DNA from: Zygnema circumcarinatum SAG 698-1b
Taxonomy: Eukaryota; Plantae; Zygnematophyceae
Assembly: GCA_037447605.1 (NCBI GenBank)
Contig: CM074819.1
Span: forward strand, 1,758,297-1,822,296
Reading direction: 5' to 3'
DNA length: 64,000 bases
The notes beneath the pieces were generated by a model. It saw only the letters and a list, made by a program, of their open reading frames with translations. It was not told the DNA's origin and made no database searches. This document shows, in pieces, positions 11,495-23,044 of the stretch. A program made the position numbers and the translations under genes. The stretch's first letter is position 1, and every line of letters begins with the position of its first letter.

Positions 11495-13085
11495 AATTCC
11501 ACGTAAGATGTTTTTAAAATGGCGGACTGGCCGACAGACAAAGTCTTTATAGTCCAGAGGACTGGCGGACTAGCCGACTGACTGACGGACGGACACGCGA
11601 ACTGGCCGACAAACCGACCGACAAACCGACTAACTCGCAGACTGCCCGACGACCGACAGACTGACTGACAGACGGACACACATACTGTCCGACAGACAGA
11701 CGACTGACTAACGGACAGACTGACAGACTTCCCGACAAACTGACAAGCTAACGGACTGACTAAAAACTGTAAAAATTCTGAAAGATTAAAAAAACTGTAA
11801 AAGCGCTAAAAATGCTTAAAATATCTATAAAATTTCTAAAAAACCTAAATAATAACCTAAATATGTAAAACCTTAAAAATCTTAAAATTCCTAAAAATCT
11901 TGAAAATAGAAAATGTCTAAGAAATCATAAAAACCCTTGTTTTTTAGTCTAACACGCAAATTGAGACACGCACAAACATCATCACAGTCGAAAAAAAAAA
12001 AAACAAACTATACAACATAGGGCCCTATGTGTAGTAGTTTGTTTCCTTTTTTTTTTTTTTTTTTTTCTTATTTGTAGAAAAATCACACACGCAAATTCTG
12101 CCGCACACAAAAACACTCGCAGAGAAAAAAAAAAAAAAACAATGTAATTATTACAACATTAGGCCTTCTGTTGTAATATTATTTTGTTTTTTTTTTTTTT
12201 CTATTTTCAGATAAAAGAATGCGCACAGTCAGACAAACATACAGACATAGCCACACACACGCCGACACTCACATAATGGAAAAAAACAAAAACATTATTA
12301 AAGAAGAAAAAGAAAAGGAAAAAAAAAAGGTAAAAGCTCTCTCTCTCTCTTTCTTTTCTTCCTCCTGTCTTCTACCATTCTTCCTACCGGTTTACCTCTA
12401 CAACTCTTCTGTCTTTCTGAAAACTATAAAAGTGGGAGGAATGAGAAATTGAAGTACGAACCTGTTTTGATGCGGATTTCCAAGTTTGACGATTTCCGCT
12501 CTTTTCGATCTTCGTTATCTCCAGGACTGGGTCCTTCAGAAATCAAAGTACGGTTATTTGTCATTTTACATATGAAAATAAACATAGATACGAACCTTTT
12601 CGGTGTTTCTGATTTTCGTTATCTCCAGGACTGGGTCCTTCAGAAATCAAATTAGGGTTATTTGTCTTTTTACATATGAAAATAAACATAGATACGAACC
12701 TTATCGGTGTTTCGGAATTTCGTTATCTCCAGGACTGGGTCCTTCAGAAATCAAAGTATGGTTATTTGTCATTTTACATATGAAAATAAAAATAGATACG
12801 AACCTTATCTTAGTCGAAAATTCCACATAAGAGGTTTTTAAAATGGCGGACTAGCCGACAGACAAAGTCTTTATAGTCCAGAGGACTGGCGGACTGGCCG
12901 ACAGACTGACGGACGGACACAGGAACTGGCTGACAAACCGACCGACAAACCGACTAACTCACAGACTGGCCGACGACCGACTGACTGACTGACTGACGGA
13001 CACACACACTGGCCGACAGACAGACGACTGACTAACGGACAGACTGACAGACTTCCCGACAACCTGACAAGCTAACGGACTGACT
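11495..13085 (+). repeat. Two roughly 265-bp direct repeats rich in GACA/GACG/GACT tetramers (about 11495-11762 and 12820-13083), with three copies of a roughly 105-bp tandem repeat (about 12495-12810) between them
   Basis: Shared ttttaaaatggcggact..gacagacaaagtctttatagtccagagg; three copies of ttcgttatctccaggactgggtccttcagaaatcaaa. Confidence 0.9.
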
Positions 13086-14526
13086 TGTTAGTTAGTAACT
13101 TTCATCTCCATCAACACCTTCTTCTTCCTTCCATACACCATTCTTCCTTCAGTACACTTCTCCTTTTCTTCTTTCTTCTTCTTCCATCTCCTTTCCACCA
13201 TCTTTCCTTCACCACAATCCTCCTACTTTTTCTTCTTTCTCATTTCCACCATTACATCTCTTCACACAATCTAAGCTCTTCATCTTCGTTTTCTTCTTTC
13301 TTCTATTACAACACTCCTTTTTTGCTCACAGCTGATGAGAAGAATTACGAGGAAAAACAGAAGAAACCGTCTAGTGAGTAGCCGAGCGTAAAAACACGTT
13401 TGTTCAGAGAATATAAACAACTGTGTAGTATGATATTGGCGTATTTCACAATACTCTCGTCATCGAAACGTCGTCGGCGTCACCGAAGCGGCACGAAACT
13501 GGTCGTTTTTGTTTTTGTTTTATGTAATCCGGTGATTGTGATTGTCGGTGGACAATGCCTGAAACGGGCTGTTTGTACCGGTGTACAACTGTCACTGTCC
13601 TTTGTTATATTACCGTATCAACTATATTTGTTAAATCAATCTAAGTCCACGCTGATTCACGTTTGTCCTTATTGAGGTCTTAAAAAATCGCAAAAAAAGA
13701 ATCGTCTTGCCTGGAAGAGAAGTTTTGTCGGTCAAAAAATCGTAACCGTAGATTACTCTGGGAAGATGTTATTTTCGGTGGAATCGACTAAATAGCGTAT
13801 CTAGCACGGATTCGTCTTGCCGTAATGTGAGAATCATCAACAGTTGAACCGTATCGCACGTGTGATAAATTCACTTCCGCGATTGATGTCGTAACAAATG
13901 AATCTTTAGATGCGTGCGGGTGCTGAGGATTGTCAACAAAATATCGCAATTACGCAATTACAAAATTTGAAAACAATAAGTAACACATGTACGGTTCAAA
14001 CATGAAAAACAATTAGAGCTGTTTAAATCGATTCGGTTACGTCCACGACGTTTCATGTCCATGTTCATGTGGCATGTTGGTGGCACAACTGCTCCCAACA
14101 TGCCGTGTCGGCGATTGTTATATCAAAAGCGGAATCAAAAGCCGTTCCATATTCTGCAGTTCACAAATTTCGTAACAGTTATGGTGTTGGTTAACAGAAT
14201 AACAGTTAACGAGCTGTTTGTTGGTACAGTTGTGTTGGAGTCCGCCTTGTAGTAAGACAAACACATGAGGTTTGATAAAACAGTTCCTCGACAAGTCGAT
14301 TCGGTATTCTTGATAAATAGAATTGTTCAGCGTTCATTTGCGTTCAAGAAATCGTTAACGGTCTTCATCGTTGTTGCGCGCGTTTCGTGGAAAACTTTTG
14401 ATCGTCTTCACGGTACGATTAGTACTCTTTTTTGTTGAAGATTTAATCTGAATTGACTATGATTTTTTAAAACTATTATTGTATTATATGGTTTTTTGTA
14501 AAATTAACGTGACATAACTTTTAAAA

Positions 14527-17500
14527 ATGTCAGATTATAGTTTACGGAGTTTGAAGAGACGACGGCGAGATAGTAATAATCAATGCCTTCGTGTTTTCAA
14601 TAATGTTGGATGTCATGTATTAATAAATGGTGTTACGACGATTGACTATCAGAATTGCGATGTACAAAATCCAGTTTTTATTGGTTTGAAGCGCATAAAC
14701 GGTAATCAATGGCAAGGTAAACTTACTATAAATAAAATATGGGATTTATGTCTCGGTGTTTTCCCATGTTCCTGTCTTGCTGCTTATGCATACGATTACA
14801 GCTTGTGTAGAGTGAGATGTTCGTCAAGAGAACGACGAAATTTTGATCATATGACGGATTTATCACATTTTGACATAAAAGAGGTTAATATTTGTGTCGA
14901 TAAAATGTTATTTAAGTACGGATTGTTGACAACTCAAGATGGTAATTTCCAAACTGTGAAAGATTTAGGTGTATATGAAAGTGATAATATGTGGACGTCC
15001 CTGTTTGTTATGTGTCATGAAGGACGCTTTTCGTATGTGAAAATTAAAGAAGCTGATAATATCGAAATAACGAAAGTTTATCGCGATATGTTTATGAAAA
15101 AATTGAGTTTTGACAGTTTTTACGGTTTAAATTACGAAAACGATGAAAAATTTATAAATATGTCTGAAACAGATTTGAATATTCTATCAAATATCTGTAA
15201 TGATTTTATGAAGAAAAATTTTCCATCATCGTTTTATGTAGCAAAACATCAATTCTTTGTAAGTACACGTGAAGGTCCAACTTGTGTTTGTGTATGTTGC
15301 AGTCAATTATTTTTTAAGAGATATATGAAAGATGTTCTCCCTTATAAGAATGATGTTCATAAATACTGCGTGGAAGAATTATGTAATAAATATGGTTACC
15401 AAATGTGTTTAAGGTGTTTCAAAAATGCTAATCAAAATAAAATTCCACTATTATCACGTCAAAACATTAAATTTCATGAAAAACCTTCTGTATTACACAA
15501 TTTAAATACTGTAGAAAAAAGATTAATCTCCCCTAGGATACCGTTTATGGTCATACGGGATTTGAAAATAAAACGTCTTGGCCAAATGGGTCTTAAAGGA
15601 AGTGTTGTTAATGTTCCATCTATTGTTAACACGACAGTATTAAAGTTACCCCGTGTTCGTAACGAATTAGAAACAATTTGTTTACGTTTTAAAAGGAAAC
15701 TGTCATATAAGACTGCTGTTTGGTCTGAAACTATTCGTCCACAGGCCGTTTTGACAAGCCTTGCTTGGTTATGTGACCATGGTGAATTATGGAAAGAAGC
15801 AGGTGTTTCTATGTGTGATATCAATGCTAGAATTCTGAGACAATGTCAAACAGATATAGATGTGTTAGGTGCACGAACCGATGATGATGAAGACGATGTT
15901 TCTTCTGAAGGTGAGGCAGTAGATAGTGATGATGATTCACATATGAGTGGTGCAAATATTGAAGAGGATCATAATGATGATGACATTAATATTGGCAATT
16001 ATGAATCTTTATTAGACAGTTCAGACTTATATCCTGATAACATCTTAGAGGTTGCTCCTGGTGAAGATCAAACACCGCTTGGTCTTTTTTATGATGAACA
16101 TAGTGAAGAATTAAGCTACCCAACAATTTTTTGTGGAAAAAAACGTTTTAAAGACAAAAAAATACATTATCTTGATGTTTGCAAGTGGGAATTAAGAAAC
16201 GTTGATAGAAGGGCAGCCACTAACATATCTAATATATTTTTTAAACTACGGAAATATCAAATAAGCCAATTATCTAATATTATCTATGCGAAAATGAGAC
16301 GAAGAAAATTGTCAGGTTTAACGGGTATTAATGCTGGAAATTTACTAGATCAAAAATTCAAAACACAATTATTTAAAAACGACGTCATGTATAGAGAATT
16401 CTCAAAACTGCGTGGTAGCCCACAATACTGGGAACAGAATAGAAGTGATGTTTTTGCAATGTTACGTCAATTAGGAAGACCAACATTTTTCATGAGTCTT
16501 TCTATGGCAGACTCACGGTGGAAAGAGCTGCATGTGATATTGTCAAAAGTAGTTGATCATAAAGATATTACCGAAGATGACGCTGCGGTAATGTCTTACG
16601 AGGACCGTGCCCGTTTGATTCGGTCAGACCCAATCACATGTGCACGTTATTATCGAAACCGTGTAGAGTCACTGTTTAATATTTGCTTGAAAAAATGTCC
16701 TGAAATAATAGGCCAGCTGCAGGACTGGTTTTGTGTTGATGAATTCCAGCAGCGTGGTTCACCACATACGCATTGCTTACTTTATGCTGGCTGTTTTGAA
16801 GATATGTTTAAGAGTAACGGTGTGTTTGATAATAATTTGATGATAAAATTTATAGACAAAAACATAACGTGTTCAAAAGATGCTGTTAGTAATGATCTGG
16901 TGAAACTGCAGATTCACAGACATGCCAGACGGTATTGCAGCCGCAAAAAGAATGGTATGGTCTCTTGCCGTTTTGGTTATCCTATTCCACCAATGCGTCA
17001 AACATGTATCTTAAATCCATTGACTAATATAACAGAAGATGAAAAGGCTGAACATAAAAAAAATTGGATAAGTATAAAAGTCTGTTTAGAAAAAAAAGGT
17101 GTGGATTTAGAAAATACACAGTCTTTTGACGAATTGTTAGACGAACTGAAAATAAATGAACATACATACATGACAGCTGTACAATGGAGTTTAGATCGTC
17201 CTACCGTAATGCTAAAACGCGATGTGTCTGAAATACGCATAAATAATTACAATGCTAAAATTCTGCAATTATGGTCAGCTAATATGGATATACAGTTTTG
17301 CTTAGAACCATACGCAGTTGCAAAATATATCGTGTCTTATATGTGTAAAGGGCAAAGTGGTATGTCATCACTAATGGATAATGCATGCAGGGAAGCTAAG
17401 AAAAAAAATTCAAATCTACAACAGCAATTAAGTGTGGCCGGAAATGTGTTTTTTCGGGCGCACGAAGTCAGTGCTCAAGAGGCTGTGTATCTGGTCCTGG

Positions 17501-20367
17501 GTTTGCCTTTACGTTCTTGTTCAAGATCTGTGCGGTTTGTTAATACTAACAAACCGAATGATAGGTTATTGTTGATAAAAGCAGACAAGGATTTAAAAAA
17601 ATTAAGGCCTGAAGATGAAAATGTTTATATACCAAACGCTTTGCTAACAAGGTACACTGAAAGGCCAGACTTACTTGAAGAGCTCTGTTTAGCTGAATTT
17701 GCAGCATCTTATGATGAGGTTTACAGCAAATCTGACGGCAATGAGGACGGAGAAAACGACGGAAACGATGATGAAGATTCATATCAGGTACATATAGCAA
17801 ACAGCAGTCAACAAGTCTATGGGCCTGATAAATCAAAGTTTCAAAGATATTATCGTTTAAGAAAAAAGAAACACACTTTGAAATATGTTAGAGGCAGATC
17901 AGATGACGAGGATGATGTGCGTCGTGTTTTAATTATGTTATTTTATCCGTGGCGTAATGAAGAGTCATTACAAAACACAGAATATGTTAATCAGCTGTAT
18001 GAACATCACAATGGCCGTATAGAGTCAATAAGACAATTATTTGAAAAAGAAATTGTGAACTGGGATGATCTTTTCGTAGAAATAAGAGAAGAATTACAGA
18101 ATGAAAGAGTCGGTGACATACCGTATACAAATATTATTAATGATGATGTCAACGCAGAATTTGACATGAATCGCGAGCTTGGATTAAATACAGGTTCTTC
18201 TTTTCGCGAATATGTGGTAACAAATAAATTGGTCTCAGATGATGAGTATAAAAATATGGCTAGGTCTTTAAACAGAGAACAAAAGCTTTTTTTTTATCAT
18301 GTGCTTCATCACGTAAAAAAAACAGATGAACCATTACGAGTTTTTTTAACAGGAGGAGCTGGTGTAGGAAAATCCAGATTAGTACAAACATTATATGAAG
18401 GTTTAGTTCGTTTATTCAATAAAGACACAAACACAAACTTTGATGAACCACGAGTTCTGCGTTTAGCTCCCACTGGCACTGCAGCCTTCAACATTAATGG
18501 TCATACGATACATGGTGCTCTAAGTATACCGTATACACAGAGTAAAAATATGTGTCTTACGGATGAAAAAAAAAATACTCTTTGGTCAAAATTAAGCAGT
18601 ATTAAATTTGTCATAATAGATGAAGTGTCTATGGTTGGACAGCGTTTATTTATGGCAGTTGATGATAGACTAAGAACACTTTTCTGTAAAACTAAACCGT
18701 TTGGTGGATTGCACATGCTTTGTGTTGGTGATTTTTTCCAATTAGCACCAGTGAAAGACTCATATGTATTTGCTAACAGTGATCATGATTATTCTGTACT
18801 AGTGAACAGTTTATGGAAAGATTTATTTGTTATGTTCGAACTTACAGAAATTATGAGACAAAAAAATGCGCTATTGTTCGCTGAAATATTGAACAGATTA
18901 CGTGAGGGAAACCATACTAATGATGATATCAACCAATTGAAAAACAGAGTAGTAAGTACAGATCATAATCCTGATTTAACATTAGTACATTTATATCGGG
19001 TGCGAGTCTTAGTAGAAAAACATAATCGTCGTGTTTATGAATCTATGGCAACTGAATCTGTAGAACTAACAGCTGAAGATACAAATACGTACAATACTTC
19101 GTGGCGATTTGTTTTACCAGACGATGTATATAACGATCCTCGGAAGACAGCGCAATTACATTCTGTTTTACGACTGCGGGTAGGTTTGCGAGTTGAAATG
19201 ACAATGAATGTGGATGTTTCGGACGGCCTAACTAACGGTGCAACGGGTGTAGTGAAATGTTTTAGTCGTGTTGACAATAGAGTATGTATAGTTTGGGTGC
19301 TATTTGATAATGCTGACGTTGGCAGAAATCGTAGGGCTGATCTCTCTGCGTATTACGAACGCTTCACAATCTGTCGAGATTGGACAGGTATTTCAAGAGA
19401 ATCACGTTCCTTTTCTTTTGCAAATAATGACCAATGTTCAATAAATCGTTCTCAATTTCCATTGGCTCCAAATTCAGCTATTACTATACACAGAGCACAA
19501 GGGAAAAGTTTGACAGCTGGTTATGTCAATTTGACAGGGAGCATCGGACACGGTATGCATTATGTTGCTTTAAGTCGTTTTGAAACGTTGTCAAACTTGT
19601 GTATATATGATCTAAATGAAAGCAGAATAAAAGTTTCAGAAAATGTAAAAAAAGACATGACCAGATTACGAAATGAATGCAAAATGATTTTATGTCCTGC
19701 TGAAATAAACGTAAATAATAATATAAACGCAATTCATATTACTTATCAAAATATTAGATCATTAAAAAAAAACAAAGTTGAGTTAGAAAATTCAACACAT
19801 GTTGATTGTGATTTGCTTTTAGTAGTTGAAGCATGGCTGTCAAGTACTGACGACTTTAAAAGTCTTGAAATAGCTGGTTTTTCAAATCGTGGATATGTAG
19901 GTGATAGCCACATTGACAATAGTCAACACGATGGTATAATGTTGTACTCAAAAATAAATATTAGATTTATTAAGCAATTTAAAAACATTGGCTGTCATTT
20001 AGTTTTAGTGCGTACTACGAAAGGAAATAATGTTATATTCATATGTGTAATATACCGTAAACCGAAATCTGTATCGCTTATGTTTATAGCTAATAAAATA
20101 AGGGATATGATTAAAAATATTAACGGGAAAATTATTATAATGGGTGATTTTAATGAAGACTGGTTACTTACACCACACTCAATAGATGTTACAAATTATA
20201 AGTCTGTAATGGAGTCATTAGGTTTTAAACAAATCATACAGGAATCAACAACAGAGTACGGGAGCATGTTAGATCATGTGTGGATAAATTCAAATTGTCA
20301 TGTTATTGCAAAAGTGATGGAAGCTTATTGGAGTGATCATAATCCTGTATATTTGCAAGCAATGTGA
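14527..20367 (+). CDS. Helentron RepHel transposase: Cys-rich N-terminal region, HUH Rep, PIF1-family SF1B helicase and C-terminal AP-like (EEP) endonuclease, 1946 aa, intronless
   Basis: Rep DEFQQRGSPHTH and KYIVSYMCK; helicase TGGAGVGKS, LAPTGTAA, IIDEVSMVG, GDFFQLAPV, LTEIMRQ, QFPL..AITIHRAQGKS, YVALSR; EEP motifs YQNIRS, VEAW, IYRKP, MGDFN, LDHVW, WSDHNP. Confidence 0.96.
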   Translation: MSDYSLRSLKRRRRDSNNQCLRVFNNVGCHVLINGVTTIDYQNCDVQNPVFIGLKRINGNQWQGKLTINKIWDLCLGVFPCSCLAAYAYDYSLCRVRCSSRERRNFDHMTDLSHFDIKEVNICVDKMLFKYGLLTTQDGNFQTVKDLGVYESDNMWTSLFVMCHEGRFSYVKIKEADNIEITKVYRDMFMKKLSFDSFYGLNYENDEKFINMSETDLNILSNICNDFMKKNFPSSFYVAKHQFFVSTREGPTCVCVCCSQLFFKRYMKDVLPYKNDVHKYCVEELCNKYGYQMCLRCFKNANQNKIPLLSRQNIKFHEKPSVLHNLNTVEKRLISPRIPFMVIRDLKIKRLGQMGLKGSVVNVPSIVNTTVLKLPRVRNELETICLRFKRKLSYKTAVWSETIRPQAVLTSLAWLCDHGELWKEAGVSMCDINARILRQCQTDIDVLGARTDDDEDDVSSEGEAVDSDDDSHMSGANIEEDHNDDDINIGNYESLLDSSDLYPDNILEVAPGEDQTPLGLFYDEHSEELSYPTIFCGKKRFKDKKIHYLDVCKWELRNVDRRAATNISNIFFKLRKYQISQLSNIIYAKMRRRKLSGLTGINAGNLLDQKFKTQLFKNDVMYREFSKLRGSPQYWEQNRSDVFAMLRQLGRPTFFMSLSMADSRWKELHVILSKVVDHKDITEDDAAVMSYEDRARLIRSDPITCARYYRNRVESLFNICLKKCPEIIGQLQDWFCVDEFQQRGSPHTHCLLYAGCFEDMFKSNGVFDNNLMIKFIDKNITCSKDAVSNDLVKLQIHRHARRYCSRKKNGMVSCRFGYPIPPMRQTCILNPLTNITEDEKAEHKKNWISIKVCLEKKGVDLENTQSFDELLDELKINEHTYMTAVQWSLDRPTVMLKRDVSEIRINNYNAKILQLWSANMDIQFCLEPYAVAKYIVSYMCKGQSGMSSLMDNACREAKKKNSNLQQQLSVAGNVFFRAHEVSAQEAVYLVLGLPLRSCSRSVRFVNTNKPNDRLLLIKADKDLKKLRPEDENVYIPNALLTRYTERPDLLEELCLAEFAASYDEVYSKSDGNEDGENDGNDDEDSYQVHIANSSQQVYGPDKSKFQRYYRLRKKKHTLKYVRGRSDDEDDVRRVLIMLFYPWRNEESLQNTEYVNQLYEHHNGRIESIRQLFEKEIVNWDDLFVEIREELQNERVGDIPYTNIINDDVNAEFDMNRELGLNTGSSFREYVVTNKLVSDDEYKNMARSLNREQKLFFYHVLHHVKKTDEPLRVFLTGGAGVGKSRLVQTLYEGLVRLFNKDTNTNFDEPRVLRLAPTGTAAFNINGHTIHGALSIPYTQSKNMCLTDEKKNTLWSKLSSIKFVIIDEVSMVGQRLFMAVDDRLRTLFCKTKPFGGLHMLCVGDFFQLAPVKDSYVFANSDHDYSVLVNSLWKDLFVMFELTEIMRQKNALLFAEILNRLREGNHTNDDINQLKNRVVSTDHNPDLTLVHLYRVRVLVEKHNRRVYESMATESVELTAEDTNTYNTSWRFVLPDDVYNDPRKTAQLHSVLRLRVGLRVEMTMNVDVSDGLTNGATGVVKCFSRVDNRVCIVWVLFDNADVGRNRRADLSAYYERFTICRDWTGISRESRSFSFANNDQCSINRSQFPLAPNSAITIHRAQGKSLTAGYVNLTGSIGHGMHYVALSRFETLSNLCIYDLNESRIKVSENVKKDMTRLRNECKMILCPAEINVNNNINAIHITYQNIRSLKKNKVELENSTHVDCDLLLVVEAWLSSTDDFKSLEIAGFSNRGYVGDSHIDNSQHDGIMLYSKINIRFIKQFKNIGCHLVLVRTTKGNNVIFICVIYRKPKSVSLMFIANKIRDMIKNINGKIIIMGDFNEDWLLTPHSIDVTNYKSVMESLGFKQIIQESTTEYGSMLDHVWINSNCHVIAKVMEAYWSDHNPVYLQAM

Positions 20368-22420
20368 TGACTTTGAAATCTTAATATTTAATGTTTTAAG
20401 TTACTGCAGAGGAGAAAACATGTGGAAAAATCTAATTTCACGCAGGTTGATAACTTGATGGTGTTCATCATGAAGAGGTATGTCACGAACTTATGATTAA
20501 AAAAACTCCGTTATTTTTATGTAACAAAACAAATTGTTATTTTTATATGGAACATTTACAGCAACAATAAATAATTAATTGTATGTAACAATGATAAATA
20601 CAGATTATGATTATCTTCATTTGTAAGTAACTGCACTTAAAAGAATTTTTTTTTTTTTTTTTTTTAAGTCACAATATTTACACTACTGTTTTACTATTTA
20701 CAGAGAAATTGCGGGACGCAAATCAATAATCTTCAGCAATACAACAAAACTCTGAACAGCCACAAAGACGGAATTAGCATTGAAGTTGTCTTTTATGACA
20801 TTTCAATGTAGGTAAGAACACAAACAAACAACACTCTCAAAAATATTAACTCTCAATATTTCATATCATAGATGTTAATTCAAACATTGTTTGTTTCATG
20901 ATGATGCAGACAGAAGTAAAAATAGATCATCTCAATTTTTTCTGCAAAAAACTATGTCTACACACCAGTCGACATACATGTGTACACAAAAAAATCAGGT
21001 AACAAAGTTCCACCTACAAAACGATTCTAAATACTTATAGTAAAACATTGACTAATAACATCAATATTTGGAATTGCAGGTGTGGATAGACACCAACAAC
21101 ACCGCACAAGAACGAATACACACTTATTTCGATGACATCAAGCAGATCTCAAGAATATTACAAGAAAGATTGTAGCGACATATACATTAATGTCTGCTAT
21201 CAATATTATCTTCAAATCACAAGAAAAATAAGTAGATGGTTTTTAAAGAGATGTTGGCGTATGCAATGACAACATATCTTAGATCGTATCTTACCTATGG
21301 TTTGACTAGGATTTTCTGTATATTAACAAAATTCTACTTAGACGTTTACAAACTATAAACAAAAACTTTGAAGTCTCTTAAAAACTTTTACAGCAATATC
21401 AGACTGCCGTCCGCGAACTCCAATTTTGTTGCGTCTCGATTCGTCATTCAATGTCTTCAACATACTTTTCACATCATATGATGCTGACACAAACATGTCG
21501 CTTTTTGTGTTGCGCCTAAATATTATAAATGTGCGCGTTTCGAAAATCCTAATCACGAAACGTACATCCGACGAAAACGGTTTGTTTTCTAAAATGTATG
21601 AAACAGCAATATTGCCAAATCAAACTTAATACTGCTGCGCAAAAAAAAACGTACACAACATTTACTTAAAAGAGCACTGTATAAAGTCATTACCTAAAAC
21701 AACAATAACAAAAAAAAAAAAAATAAACGTCCAAAATAATCCAAACAGAATAAGGGCCAACCTCCATGAGCGTTTGTCAGTACCGCCACATCGGATTAGA
21801 GTCAAGAAGGGAGAATTCCGGGTTCCATCAGAGGTCGCGCTAGCCAATCAGCAGTCGCCACGTTTCGTCCACTGTGATGGGGTTTCTTGGGCATGCTGCA
21901 CAAGTGGCGTCCACTGATTAGCGCGCGTTGGCGGCTGTGCGCCAGCGGGGCCGCCGTACCTCCGTGGCATCTCGAACGGATCTTTAACGCCACGCGGCGT
22001 CGCACGATTGGAAAAATCAGGCGTAATTCTGGGGAATTTTTTTTTGAGGGGCTGTTCTGGGGAACTACGACTGTACCTCCACGTCGGTCCTAATCGGTCC
22101 TAGTCGACGCCACGACGGCGCCACATCATCCTCCAAAACTACGCCTGTACCTCACGTCGGCGAAAAAACGCTGATGGACGTTGGCCGTAAAACTTCTCCG
22201 TTAAGAACAATAACTCAATCGACGTTTAAAAGACGACAAGTTCAAAAAATCTTTGATGATCGAATCTCAACACCCCATTCGGAACCAACACATTACGGTT
22301 CACGTGACGCAAACTTTCATTGAACTCGCGATGGCGAGGCCATCAAATTTACATGGATAAAGGCAAAATGTGGAACCACGAAGGACTGGTCACAAAGGAC
22401 CGAAACACAATAAAACGAAG

Positions 22421-23044
22421 CTAGGAGCGGAAAACTACGCCTAGGCACAACAACGCAGCCCTAGAAGCAGCCGCGAAGGTCACCGATGTGAGGCACGTCG
22501 CGAGGAGGGAGCGGCGGAAGTCCACCAACACGGTCACCAACAACTGNNNNNNNNNNCAGAAGGCGCCACACGAATTGTCGGGATGAGACCTAAACCGCCC
22601 GCCGAAATAGGGAGCGAGGCTTGCGTACGTGCAAGCGGACCCTCCGGTCGATCGAAAATACCAGGACCCAAAAGGCGATGACATACAGAAAACAAACGCT
22701 CATCGAAAGATTGCAATGACTCAAGGAAAGCAGGGTTAGGAGGGAGAGTTCGCAAAAGGTATGACGGACGCAAAGCAAAACAACGAGTAAGCAAAGAAAA
22801 AGCCACCTGAGGATCTGAAAGATGTGGAAGCTCATCGACCTGAGACGTATCCTCAACCAAAGCATCATCAACAAAACGATCAACATAAGATGCAACGCCG
22901 AAAGGGCAGCCTAAAACACGAATACCAATTCCATCAGCACAAGTCTGGATACCACAAGGGAGCGAAAGGGTAGAAGGGATACCAACCGGAGACCAAGCAA
23001 AACACTTCGACAAATTTACCGTCAAACGCATAGCGGCCAATCGA
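22421..23044 (-). mobile_element. 5'-truncated non-LTR retrotransposon RT fragment (CRE/R2-like clade by motif), nested in the Helentron
   Basis: RLAAMRLTVNLSKCFAWSP..GIRVLGCPFG..PQVAFSLLTRCFALRPSYLLRTLPP..QASLPISAGGLG, typical RT thumb/C-terminal region; GC-rich against AT-rich surroundings; N gap inside. Confidence 0.75.
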
